Part shown: positions 1 through 8,625 of the stretch, piece after piece
Position numbering within the stretch: the first letter of the stretch is position 1
How the letters are laid out: each line of letters opens with the position of its first letter
Source of the DNA: Chloroflexota bacterium
GTDB lineage: Bacteria > Chloroflexota > Dormibacteria > CF-121
Direction of reading: 5' to 3'
NCBI GenBank assembly: GCA_005880615.1
Contig: VBID01000116.1
Coordinates: 1,494 to 65,493, forward strand
DNA length: 64,000 bases
The notes under the pieces: model-generated
Database searches by the model: none
What the model saw: only the letters and a program-made list of their open reading frames with translations
Told to the model about the DNA's origin: nothing
Translations under genes and position numbers: made by a program

Positions 1-387
1 GTCATACACCGGCACCGGCTCCAACCCTTCGCGGACCACGAATGCCTCGCACTGCGCCAGCGCCTGGGGATGGGAGAGGACACGACGGAGCGCGGTGCGG
101 TCGCTGTCAGGCAGGCCGAGCAGGCAGTGGTCGACCTGTAACGCGACTTCGCCGACTACCAGCACCCGGTACTCCAGCATCAGGTCATAGGTCTCGAGCA
201 CGCTGCCGGCCTGCGAGTTCTCGACCGGCACCAGCGCCAGGTCGACCGTCCCGTCGGCCACACGATGGAAGACATGGCGCAGGGTGCGAAAGGCGACTGC
301 CTCGGTCTGCGGGAAGAAGGCGTGCAGCGCCTCCTCCGAGTAGGCGCCGGGCTCACCCTGATAGCCGACAGTGAGCGTGCGGGTCAT
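1..387 (-). CDS. pheA: Prephenate dehydratase, N-terminal portion (gene continues beyond the window start)
   Basis: No in-window stop, so absent from the ORF track. Reverse translation from the ATG at the reverse complement of 385-387 gives MTRTLTVGYQGEPGAYSEEALHAFFPQTEAVAFRTLRHVFHRVADGTVDLALVPVENSQAGSV..., a typical PDT-domain N-terminus. Confidence 0.7.
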   Translation of the reverse strand, partial: MTRTLTVGYQGEPGAYSEEALHAFFPQTEAVAFRTLRHVFHRVADGTVDLALVPVENSQAGSVLETYDLMLEYRVLVVGEVALQVDHCLLGLPDSDRTALRRVLSHPQALAQCEAFVVREGLEPVPVYD

Positions 388-416
388 GTCCGGACACTCT
401 ATAGAATGAGGGCGCT

Positions 417-1577
417 TTGCCCGCCTCCGTAGATTTTCTGGGCCTCGACGAGCTGCTCAGCAACGAGGAGCGGCTGGTGCGATCGACCGTGGCCCGCTTC
501 GTCGACCAACGCTTCCTGCCCCTCATCGTCGACCACTACGAGCGCGCCACCTTTCCCATGGAGCTGGTCCCCGAGCTGGCCAAGCTCGGGTTGCTCGGCA
601 TGCACCTTCACGGCTACGGTGCCGCGGGCATGAACAACGTCATGTACGGCCTCGCCTGCCAGGAGCTGGAGCGTGGCGACAGCGGCCTGCGCAGTTTCGT
701 CTCGGTCCAGGGATCGCTCTGCATGTTTCCCATCGACCGGTACGGATCCGACGAGCAGAAGCAGCGATGGCTGCCCGCCATGGCCAAGGGCGAGGTGATC
801 GGATGCTTCGGGTTGACGGAGCCAGACTTCGGCTCCAACCCGGCCGGCATGCAAACCCGCGCCCGCAAGGATGGCCGCGACTGGATCCTGAACGGCACCA
901 AGCGTTGGATCACGAATGGGAGCATTGCCGGATTGGCCATCATCTGGGCTCGGACCGAGGGCGGGATCCGCGGGTTCCTGGTGGAGAAGGGGACGCGCGG
1001 GTACCAGGCCCACGACATCCATCACAAGCTCTCGATGCGGGCCTCGGTGACCTCGGAGCTGATCCTGGAGGACTGCCGCGTCCCCGCCGACCACGAACTG
1101 CCGGGCGCCCAGGGCTTGAAGGGCCCCCTCGCTTGCCTGAACGAAGCGCGCTTTGGGATTGTCTGGGGGACGATCGGCGCCGCCATCGCCTGCTATCAGA
1201 GCGCGCTGGACTACAGCCGGACGCGGATCCAGTTCGACCGCCCCATCGGCGGATTCCAGCTCACCCAGGAGAAGCTCGTCGGCATGCTCACCGAGATCAC
1301 CAAAGCGCAGCTGCTCGCCCTGCAGCTCGGCCGGCTCAAGGACGCGGGGCGGATCACTCCCACCCAGATCTCGATGGGGAAGCTCAACAACGCGCGGGAA
1401 GCGCTGCGCATCGCCCGCGAGGCGCGCAGCATCCTGGGCGCGAACGGCATCAGCCTCGAATATCCGGTCATGCGGCACATGGCCAACCTGGAAACGGTCG
1501 CGACCTACGAAGGCACCAGCGAGATCCACACCCTCGCCATCGGCGAAGAGATCACAGGAATCAGCGCGTTCAAGTAG
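417..1577 (+). CDS. Acyl-CoA dehydrogenase, glutaryl-CoA dehydrogenase-like
   Basis: 386-aa ORF with a TTG start. ACAD-family motifs are present (GLTEPDFGSNPAGM, WITNG, YEGTSEIH). Confidence 0.85.
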   Translation: MPASVDFLGLDELLSNEERLVRSTVARFVDQRFLPLIVDHYERATFPMELVPELAKLGLLGMHLHGYGAAGMNNVMYGLACQELERGDSGLRSFVSVQGSLCMFPIDRYGSDEQKQRWLPAMAKGEVIGCFGLTEPDFGSNPAGMQTRARKDGRDWILNGTKRWITNGSIAGLAIIWARTEGGIRGFLVEKGTRGYQAHDIHHKLSMRASVTSELILEDCRVPADHELPGAQGLKGPLACLNEARFGIVWGTIGAAIACYQSALDYSRTRIQFDRPIGGFQLTQEKLVGMLTEITKAQLLALQLGRLKDAGRITPTQISMGKLNNAREALRIAREARSILGANGISLEYPVMRHMANLETVATYEGTSEIHTLAIGEEITGISAFK

Positions 1578-1581
1578 CACC

Positions 1582-1624
1582 GAGACCCCCTCCCCTGCCC
1601 CTCCCCGCAAGGGGGAGGGAGACC
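1582..1624. repeat. REP-like palindromic element, copy 1 (GAGACCCCCTCCCCTGCCCCTCCCCGCAAGGGGGAGGGAGACC)
   Basis: Stem CTCCCC/GGGGAG with a GCAA loop, immediately after the stop codon at 1577. The same element recurs at 5496, 7090, 34287, 37313, 54161, with a variant at 24571. Confidence 0.8.
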
Positions 1625-1704
1625 TGAACCGCAAGGGTATGCGAGTCGCGACGAGACTCCTTCCCCGACCCTCCTTCGGTTCAAGGGACGGGGAGAACAA
1701 GAAT

Positions 1705-2412
1705 TTAGGTAGGGCGGATGGTGCGGGGCTTGTTGGTGTAGACGGCGTTGGCCGGCAGCGCCTGGGTCCAGGCCAGGGCGATCGGATCGTCGACCGTCCA
1801 GACCCCGATCAGCTTGCCGGCCGCGTGGAGCTCGCGCGCGGTCTCGGGCTCGATCGCCGACCAATGCGGACAGAAGACCTCGGCGCCGGCGTCCGCCAAC
1901 AGTCCCAGGATGTCGACCGGGCGGGAGGCTTCCAGGGCGCCGGTAAGGATCGCCGGCGAGAGCTCCCGGAGGCGGCGCAGGCAGCGGTGGTCGAAGGCGA
2001 TCACGATCACATCGCTGAGCATGCCTGCGGCCTGGGTCGCCTCCAGCACGGCCTGTTCGATGCCGGGGTAGGCGAGCGGCAGGTTCTTGATCTCGATGGC
2101 CACGCCCACCCGCCCGCGAGCGAGATCCAGCACTTCGGTGAGGGTGGGCACGCGCTCGCCACGGAACTGCGGCGCCTTCCAGGATCCGGCATCGAGCTGC
2201 TTGATCTCGGCCATGGTCAGGTCGCGCACCAATCCGTGGCCGTTGGTGGTGCGATCCAGCAGGTGGTCATGGATGACCGCCAGCTGATGATCCGCGGTCA
2301 GGTGCACGTCACACTCGATCACGTCCACCCCGAGGTCGATGGCCGACCGGAACGAGGCCATGGTGTTTTCGGGGAACTCATCCGCGTTGCCGCGGTGACC
2401 GCCCAGCAACAT
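1705..2412 (-). CDS. Glycerophosphodiester phosphodiesterase (GDPD family)
   Basis: Minus-strand ORF. The start is placed at the internal Met (MLLGGHRGNADEFPENT...), which gives 236 aa. The HRG...E.D GDPD catalytic motif is present. Confidence 0.8.
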   Translation of the reverse strand: MLLGGHRGNADEFPENTMASFRSAIDLGVDVIECDVHLTADHQLAVIHDHLLDRTTNGHGLVRDLTMAEIKQLDAGSWKAPQFRGERVPTLTEVLDLARGRVGVAIEIKNLPLAYPGIEQAVLEATQAAGMLSDVIVIAFDHRCLRRLRELSPAILTGALEASRPVDILGLLADAGAEVFCPHWSAIEPETARELHAAGKLIGVWTVDDPIALAWTQALPANAVYTNKPRTIRPT

Positions 2413-2700
2413 CCGGCCGCTGTCCAGCTTGGCGTGGAGCCCCTGACGGGCTGACGTCACCACGTCCACGCCGTTTCTTGCGGGTTGGCTAACAACGCCG
2501 CTATCGTACCCGGCCGGAAAAGATCGGTCCCCGCCGGGCGTTGTATCGGTGAGGCGAATTCGGTGCATTCATACCCCGGTTTCGGGAGCCGCCGGTCAGG
2601 GAAAAACTCCCGGCGGGGGAGCCTTGATGCGGTTGCCGGCCGGGCGCACGCTGGGCGGCACACCAAGGACGGCGCCACCGGCGCGCACCTTTGGCTCCGG

Positions 2701-3870
2701 ATGCAAATGCCCACTTTGTTGACGACCCTGCGCCGCTCGGGACGTCTCCCATCGATTGTGGTGGGCCTCTTGGTGCTGGCGGGCCTGGTCGGGCCGCTCC
2801 ATCTGCTGATGCCCGCTCGGGCCAAGGCGCACGCGGTCCTGCCACCGGTGGCCGTGGGCACCAGCTTCAGCCCGCTGCGCGCCGCCAACCTCGGACTCGA
2901 CTACCAGTCGGCTTTCAAACAGCTGGAGACAATGCACTTCCGCGTCATCCGGCTCTCCGCCTACTGGAACGAGGTCGACGCGTTCGGCTACGGTGACCTG
3001 GACTGGCTCACCGCCGAGGCGGAGCGGTCGGGGCAGCCGATCGTCCTCTCGGTGGGGATGAAAGGGGTGGGGTGGCCGGAGTTCTACATCCCGCCGGCGG
3101 CGTTCACGGGTCCGACCCCCGCGGCCGGCCACGACGTGACTCAGGACCCGGGGCTGCGCGACGCAGCGATGCTTTTCGTGGAGAACACGGTCGCCCGCTA
3201 TCGGCACAATCGCGCGCTCTACGCCTGGCAGATCGAAAACGAACCATTCAACCGGGCCGGCCCCTCTCACTGGTGGATCAGCCCGTCCTTTGTCAGCGAT
3301 GAGATCGAGGCCACCCGCTCGCTGGACGACCGCCACCGGCCGGTGATCGTCAATGCCTTCGGGCATTTCAACCTGTTCTTTGACCAGGCATCCAACCGGG
3401 ATGGCCTTGACCTGCGCAGCCTGCTCGGCTTCGAGGGCGACAGCGCCGAGAAGGAAAGCCTATCGGTGCTGAACCAGGGAGACATTCTCGGGCTGGACGT
3501 GTACACCGGGATCGGGTACCAGCTGATGGGCGGCAACCACTTGAGCCGGGCCGGCTCGGACTGGCCGGAGCAGATCGCTCACTGGCGCACGGTGGCCCGG
3601 GCCCAGGGCAAACAGGTGTGGATCACGGAGGCGCAGGCCGAACCGTGGGAGGCGTCGATGACCACCTATGCCAATCCCAAGAGTGTCAGCCCGGCGGCAA
3701 TCCGGACCATGTTCGGCGCGCTCAAAGACGGCGGGTACAACACCATCCTCCTCTGGGGCAGCGAGTACTGGCTCTGGCGGTCGGCGTCCGGCGATACCCA
3801 GTGGATCGACACGGTGCAGAGCATCCTGCACAGCGAGGCCCGCGCGCCATCGCTGACGCTGGTGACCTAA
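2701..3870 (+). CDS. Secreted or membrane-anchored glycoside hydrolase, GH5-like TIM barrel
   Basis: Start chosen at ATG 2701, ahead of the hydrophobic segment LLTTLRRSGRLPSIVVGLLVLAGLVG. The NEP (WQIENEP) and ITE (VWITEAQ) catalytic glutamate motifs are typical of clan GH-A. Confidence 0.6.
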   Translation: MQMPTLLTTLRRSGRLPSIVVGLLVLAGLVGPLHLLMPARAKAHAVLPPVAVGTSFSPLRAANLGLDYQSAFKQLETMHFRVIRLSAYWNEVDAFGYGDLDWLTAEAERSGQPIVLSVGMKGVGWPEFYIPPAAFTGPTPAAGHDVTQDPGLRDAAMLFVENTVARYRHNRALYAWQIENEPFNRAGPSHWWISPSFVSDEIEATRSLDDRHRPVIVNAFGHFNLFFDQASNRDGLDLRSLLGFEGDSAEKESLSVLNQGDILGLDVYTGIGYQLMGGNHLSRAGSDWPEQIAHWRTVARAQGKQVWITEAQAEPWEASMTTYANPKSVSPAAIRTMFGALKDGGYNTILLWGSEYWLWRSASGDTQWIDTVQSILHSEARAPSLTLVT

Positions 3871-3873
3871 CTA

Positions 3874-4496
3874 AAGCCCAAATCCACCGGCTCGGGCTAG
3901 CATCTTGGGCGCGGATGCGGCCTGAGCCCGAGACCGCCGGAACAAACTCGCATCTTGGGCGCGGATGCGGCCGATCCGGGCGTCGTCTCCTGCGCGCGCT
4001 CGGTCACGCATCGACGGATGCGCTCCCTCGCGTGCTCGTCGCCTCCTGCGGCTCGGCACGCCCCACATCCCAATCTGCTTCGTTCGTCCGACGGCCCCGG
4101 GCTCCCGGAGCGTCGTCTCCTGCGCGCGCTCGGTCACGCCGCGACGGATGCGCTCCCTCGCGTGCTCGTCGCCTCCTGCGGCTCGGCACGCCCCACATCC
4201 CAATCTGCTTCGTTCGTCCGACGGCCCCGGGCTCCCGGAGCGTCGTCTCCTGCGCGCGCTCGGTCACGCCGCGACGGATGCGCTCCCTTGCGTGCTCGTC
4301 GCCTCCTGCGGCTCGGCACGCCCCACATCCCAATCTGCTTCGTTCGTCCGACGGCCCCGGGCTCCCGGAGCGTCGTCTCCTGCGCGCGCTCGGTCACGCA
4401 TCGACGGATGCGCTCCCTTGCGTGCTCGTCGCCTCCTGCGGCTCGGCACGCCCCGCATCCCGATCTGCTGCGCCCGACCGGTAGATCCGGGCTTCT
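3874..4496. mobile_element. MITE-like structured repeat, copy A, with four tandem copies of an internal 130-bp unit
   Basis: Starts AAGCCCAAATCCACCGG directly after the TAA at 3868-3870 and ends ...GATCCGGGCTTCTAG. The TAG supplies the stop of the minus-strand gene that ends at 4495. The 130-bp unit CGTCGTCTCCTGCGCGCGCTCGGTCACGC... is repeated four times (~3983, 4113, 4243, 4373). Related copies lie at 19295, 22518 and 41175. Confidence 0.8.
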
Positions 4497-5772
4497 AGAA
4501 CACCGCCCAGTTCACCGTGGACAGCTGGTCGTCGGAAAAGGTCTGGCCCGGTTCCTGGAGGTAGAGGTAGCCGATCAGCCGGGTCACTCGCGGCTCCTGA
4601 AAGTAGAACTCGCGGTGCTGCTGATAGGCGCTGCTGTGGATCTGACTCGCTGTTTGCGTGCCCGCATTTTCCTCGGCGGCCAGGATCAGGTCATAGTTCT
4701 CCAGGAATCGCTTGAGACGGGAGTCGCGATAGGCGATGAGCCGCGCCGGCACATTGGTGGCCAGGTCCTGGGCGATCCGCGGAAAATCACTCCGCATGGT
4801 CTGCAGCGCACTGGGCGGTGCGCCGCGCACCTGCTCCCGGTCCAGGTCGTCGTTCAAGACCTTGAGATCAGCGGCCACCCGATCGAGGTAGGCGGACTCG
4901 GTCGGCTGCAACGTCGCCGGGGCCACATAGGGCAGTACGAGGTCGTGCAGGAAATCGAGCACCTCGTACTGCTGTTCCCCGTTGGCGGATGCGTTCGGCA
5001 GGAAGAGCGCATCGACAGGCGGGGATTGCTGGGCGCTGTACCGATAGAAGGCGACCCGGTGCGCGTTGATCAGGCGTGCCTGGGCCTGGCGCTCGGCGAG
5101 ACATTGGGACCCGAACACCGAGAGCTCCGGCCGCTGAAGAACGAATAAGCGGCCGTTCGAGTAGGCGGCCAGGGCCTCATCCCGGCTGTCCAACACGAAC
5201 GCTTCGTTCAGGAACACATCCTGCTTGGTGGCGGCCAGCGCCCGGCCCAGCGCCTCGGCGCTGGCCTGGTCAAGGGGTCGCCGACCGAAGGCATTCATTT
5301 CGAAGACATCCGGCGACGAGCGCTTCCAGCAGTGGAGTGGCGTGAACCCGGCGGTGGCCGGTGGGCAGGCGACGGCGCGTTCTCCCGACGGCTGGGCGCT
5401 GAGCGCCCCGAACGCCAGGTAGAGGGCCGCGGCCGCCACGGCTAGCCCCGCAAACGCCAGGCTCCAGAGCCGCACTACGCGTCGCCGAGGGGAAGCACCC
5501 CCACCCTGACCCTCCCCCTGAGGGGGAGGGAGATCTTGCCTGCCTCGGCGGGCGAGCGCCGTTAGGACGAGCAGGATGACCGCGGTTGGGAGGAAGAAGA
5601 GTAGGTAAGAGAAGCGCTCGAGCAGCGACGCCGCTCCGGCGGTGCAGGGCAGGCCGGGAAACTCGGCGTTGGCCTTAAAGGGCGCGATCAGCCAGGCGAC
5701 GGCGAGCAGGGCGAGCGGCCACAGCACCCACAGCCACCGGCCCAGGGAATTCCTGGTGGCTGTCCTAGTCAC
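4495..5772 (-). CDS. Hypothetical membrane or secreted protein; start uncertain (alternative GTG near 5475 gives a signal-peptide-like N-terminus)
   Basis: 425-aa ORF with two N-terminal TM helices. A REP-like element (5496-5535) lies in frame and encodes LPPPQGEGQGGGAS. Downstream of it, VVRLWSLAFAGLAVAAAALYLAFGALSA looks like a signal peptide. Confidence 0.5.
   Translation of the reverse strand: MTRTATRNSLGRWLWVLWPLALLAVAWLIAPFKANAEFPGLPCTAGAASLLERFSYLLFFLPTAVILLVLTALARRGRQDLPPPQGEGQGGGASPRRRVVRLWSLAFAGLAVAAAALYLAFGALSAQPSGERAVACPPATAGFTPLHCWKRSSPDVFEMNAFGRRPLDQASAEALGRALAATKQDVFLNEAFVLDSRDEALAAYSNGRLFVLQRPELSVFGSQCLAERQAQARLINAHRVAFYRYSAQQSPPVDALFLPNASANGEQQYEVLDFLHDLVLPYVAPATLQPTESAYLDRVAADLKVLNDDLDREQVRGAPPSALQTMRSDFPRIAQDLATNVPARLIAYRDSRLKRFLENYDLILAAEENAGTQTASQIHSSAYQQHREFYFQEPRVTRLIGYLYLQEPGQTFSDDQLSTVNWAVF
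5496..5535. repeat. REP-like palindromic element, copy 2 (inside the ORF 4495..5772)
   Basis: CACCCCCACCCTGACCCTCCCCCTGAGGGGGAGGGAGATC. Confidence 0.75.
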
Positions 5773-6700
5773 CCGCTGCCAGGGTCAGTCCGGTCCTGTT
5801 CCAGGCGGGCAGCAAGCAATGGATCCCCGGCTCCACTTGGCCATCCAGTCCCAGGCCGCCACCCCGCAGAAACGCGTGGGCGCGCCGGTACGACTCGTCG
5901 ATCAACCGCTCGACCTGGCTGAAATTGGTGCCCTCAGTGCCGAACTCGATGTTGGGCATGAGCAACGTGATCTGGGCCTGCTGGGCGTAGCGCTGATACT
6001 CCTCCATCATTCGCTGGCCGAGCAAGATTTGGAGGCTCTGGGCCAGCACACCAGTCAGGTTACGGGATGACAGCGGCCGGCGTGGGTTGGTGGTGCTGTT
6101 GTCGATCACGATGATCGACGTGGCGCCCATGGCCACCGCTTCCCCCAGGCCGGCGTTATCCGCCGCTGCTCCATCCACAAACTCGTCGCCGTCGATGCGG
6201 AAGGGATTGAAGACCCCGGGGATGGCGGAGGAGGCCGCCACCGCATCCGGCAGGCTGCCGGTGGTGAAGACCTCCTTACGGGCCCGGGTCAGGTTGGTTG
6301 CGATGATGGCGCAGGGGATGGCCAGGTCCGCGAAGGTGGGTGGCAGGTGGCGGGCCGCCAGGGCCCGCAGGTAGCGGCTGTCGAAGAAGCTGTTGTGGCT
6401 TTGGGCGTAGCGAAGGGCCATGCGCAACGGATTTCGGTTGAAGAGGTCGCGGTTGCGGATGGATCGCCACACGAGGGCCAGCCGTTCGATGGTCTCCAGC
6501 TCGGGCTTCCAGGCCAGGGCGGCGGCGTTGAAGGCGCCCGAGCTGCACCCCACCACCCCGTCGGGCCGGATCCCCGCCTCCAGCAGGGCCCGGAGCACGC
6601 CGACCGTGCAGGCTCCCCGGCTGCCTCCGCCCCCGAGTACGAAGATCCGTTTGGGCGGACGCGTCGGCGCCGGCAGCCGGCGCCGGATCCAATTCAGCAT
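5765..6700 (-). CDS. Patatin-like phospholipase
   Basis: Oxyanion motif GGGGSRG, GxSxG (GCSSGA) and DGA/DGG motifs are present. 311 aa. Confidence 0.8.
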   Translation of the reverse strand: MLNWIRRRLPAPTRPPKRIFVLGGGGSRGACTVGVLRALLEAGIRPDGVVGCSSGAFNAAALAWKPELETIERLALVWRSIRNRDLFNRNPLRMALRYAQSHNSFFDSRYLRALAARHLPPTFADLAIPCAIIATNLTRARKEVFTTGSLPDAVAASSAIPGVFNPFRIDGDEFVDGAAADNAGLGEAVAMGATSIIVIDNSTTNPRRPLSSRNLTGVLAQSLQILLGQRMMEEYQRYAQQAQITLLMPNIEFGTEGTNFSQVERLIDESYRRAHAFLRGGGLGLDGQVEPGIHCLLPAWNRTGLTLAAGD

Positions 6701-6863
6701 TCACTCAGGCAACGGGATTAAAGCGCGAACCGTTGCGTCCGCTAAATATGGTGCCGGAAAACCGTTGCCACCGGCGTTGCACCCCCAGGACTCATTCCCC
6801 CCGTATTTCGGGGCCCGGCTCTTCCAGCGATTATGTTAGCCTTGGAGTATCACCTTTTAACCT

Positions 6864-7076
6864 ATGCGCTGCCCCTATCTCGAGCAAATCCTCCGCAAGC
6901 GGGAGACCTTCCTCAAGGTCTTTCAGGCTGACTGCCACGTGGACGGGCGCGTCCACAAGTTCCGCGGGGTGGTCAGCTGGCCCAAGCCACCGTGCCTGCT
7001 CAAGCCTGTCACCTGCGCCTTGTTCCAGGAGGCGCGCGCTTCCGAGGATCTCCGCCTGCGTCGGCTGATCGACTAG
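6864..7076 (+). CDS. Hypothetical small Cys-containing protein (70 aa)
   Basis: ATG-initiated ORF in a lower-GC intergenic stretch. No recognisable domain and only a weak RBS. Confidence 0.25.
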   Translation: MRCPYLEQILRKRETFLKVFQADCHVDGRVHKFRGVVSWPKPPCLLKPVTCALFQEARASEDLRLRRLID

Positions 7077-7089
7077 AGGCCCTCGCCCC

Positions 7090-7134
7090 GAGACCCCCTC
7101 CCCTGCCCCTCCCCGCAAGGGGGAGGGAGAAATC
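7090..7134. repeat. REP-like palindromic element, copy 3
   Basis: GAGACCCCCTCCCCTGCCCCTCCCCGCAAGGGGGAGGGAGAAATC, nearly identical to copy 1. Confidence 0.8.
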
Positions 7135-7162
7135 CCGCGAGGGCCTTGCCTAATATCAAAGC

Positions 7163-8275
7163 GTGGGTTCCGACGTCGTGGTCGTCGGGGGTGGAGTCAT
7201 CGGGGCGTGCATCGCCTACGAGCTGGCCAAAGCGGGCGCCCGGGCGGTGGTGATGGACCGAGAAGCCAGCGGCCAGGCCAGCCGGGCTTCGGCCGGCATG
7301 CTGGCGCCGCTGTCCGAAGCTGATGGTCCGGGGGCATTCCTGGACCTGGGCATGGAGGGCCTGCGGCTGCATCGCCCGCTGGCCGAAGAGCTCCAGGAAC
7401 GAACTGGCATCGACGTGGGCTACCGGCCCACCGGGCTGCTGCGCGTGGCGCTCAATGAGACCGACGAGGTTGCCGTCCGGCGCCGGCGCAGCTGGCATAT
7501 GGCGGCCGGCTTCTCGGTCGGCTGGCTGGATCCGGCCCGCGTCCACGACGCTGAGCCTGCCCTGAGTCGCGACATTCGTGGGGCTGCCTATTACAGCCAG
7601 GAACATCAGGTCAGCCCTCCCCTCCTGGCGCAGGCCGCGCTGCGCGCGGCTGCCGACCTGGGGGCGGTGGTCCGGATGGGCCTCAACGTGGAGGGTTTCC
7701 TCATCTCGGGGAGCCGGGTGCATGGCGTGCGAGCTGGCGGCGAGCAGCTTGAATGCGATGAGGTCGTGATCGCGGCCGGAGCCTGGTCGGGGGCGTTCGC
7801 CGAGCTGCCGCCCGCGCTGCCGGTGCGGCCCGTGCGGGGCCAGCTGGTCGCGCTCCAGACGGTGAGCACGCCCCTCCGCCACCTGATCTACAGCTCGGGC
7901 GGCTACCTCAGCCCCAAGCCGGACGGCTTGATCCTGGTGGGGGCCACCCAGGAGGAAGTTGGCTTCGACCCGCGACCGACTGCCGCCGGGGTGGCCGGCT
8001 TGCTGCATTCGGTGGCGCGGCTCACTCCGACGCTCGCTTCCGCCGCCTTTGCCCACGCCCTGGCTGGGCTGCGGCCGGGCTCGCCCGACGGCCTGCCACT
8101 CATTGGCCGGCTACCGGGCTGGTCGGGGATCGCGGCGGCGACCGGCCATTTCCGCAACGGCGTGCTGCTGGCGCCGATCACCGCTCACCTGATCACCGAC
8201 CTGTTGCTCCGCGGCCGGCCGCGGTTGCCGCTGGAGGCGTTCGATCCGGCGCGCTTCGCCGTCCGCGCCGCGTGA
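7163..8275 (+). CDS. thiO: FAD-dependent glycine oxidase / D-amino-acid oxidase family (ThiO-like)
   Basis: GTG start. N-terminal dinucleotide-binding motif VVVVGGGVIGACIAYELA. DAO-family length (370 aa) and C-terminal motif. Confidence 0.7.
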   Translation: MGSDVVVVGGGVIGACIAYELAKAGARAVVMDREASGQASRASAGMLAPLSEADGPGAFLDLGMEGLRLHRPLAEELQERTGIDVGYRPTGLLRVALNETDEVAVRRRRSWHMAAGFSVGWLDPARVHDAEPALSRDIRGAAYYSQEHQVSPPLLAQAALRAAADLGAVVRMGLNVEGFLISGSRVHGVRAGGEQLECDEVVIAAGAWSGAFAELPPALPVRPVRGQLVALQTVSTPLRHLIYSSGGYLSPKPDGLILVGATQEEVGFDPRPTAAGVAGLLHSVARLTPTLASAAFAHALAGLRPGSPDGLPLIGRLPGWSGIAAATGHFRNGVLLAPITAHLITDLLLRGRPRLPLEAFDPARFAVRAA

Positions 8276-8625
8276 GCCACGCCGACGACCTGACGCCGCG
8301 TTGGTTCGACCGGCGGGCAGACGGCTTCCGCCACGCGGTCGCCGGCGGCCTCTGGCTGGCGCCCCTGATCTACCTGACCAATGCGCGCTTCGGCCCGGGG
8401 TGGTATGGCAAGGTGGTCAGCGCGGATCCAAACCGCCTGCTCCGCTGGGCGGCTAGCACCGGGATCCCCGCCAGGGGGCTGGAGGCGAAGTCCATCCCGG
8501 ACGTGGACTCGGGACCCCGGACCGCCCGCCGCCGGGTGCCCGCATACCACATCGATCTGTGGGGCCCGCGCCTGGCGCTGGCCTACGACGCGAAGTACCT
8601 GGCGCGGGTCGAGGGCCGGGGTTAG
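8272..8625 (+). CDS. Hypothetical protein (117 aa), translationally coupled to the ThiO-like gene
   Basis: GTG start overlaps the ThiO-like stop (GTGA). No confident domain assignment. Confidence 0.45.
   Translation: MSHADDLTPRWFDRRADGFRHAVAGGLWLAPLIYLTNARFGPGWYGKVVSADPNRLLRWAASTGIPARGLEAKSIPDVDSGPRTARRRVPAYHIDLWGPRLALAYDAKYLARVEGRG

Noticed and set aside
399-1700. 433-aa minus-strand ORF antisense to the acyl-CoA dehydrogenase gene. The same pattern appears at 9722..11311, 11584..13257, 34259..35767, 37400..38776, 39199..40422, 44954..46813, 57923..59821 and 62423..63727.
   Set aside because: These are antisense ORFs typical of ~68% GC DNA. Each lies opposite a gene with strong family motifs, and their translations are low complexity with no motifs.
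3983-4496. Possible CRISPR array, suggested by regularly repeated units.
   Set aside because: The units are contiguous 130-bp direct repeats with no unique spacers and no nearby cas genes. The same sequence occurs as single copies with inverted termini elsewhere in the window.
3618-5148. Several long overlapping + strand ORFs (3618..4484, 3955..5148, 3965..4498) and minus-strand ORFs (3871..4397) with highly repetitive Arg/Ser/Pro-rich translations.
   Set aside because: They run through the four tandem 130-bp units of the MITE-like element. The translations are periodic and low complexity, and they overlap a better-supported minus-strand gene.
7077-7162. Possible TPP riboswitch upstream of the ThiO-like gene.
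   Set aside because: The interval is occupied by a REP-like palindrome and lacks the CTGAGA/ACCTGA TPP-box features.
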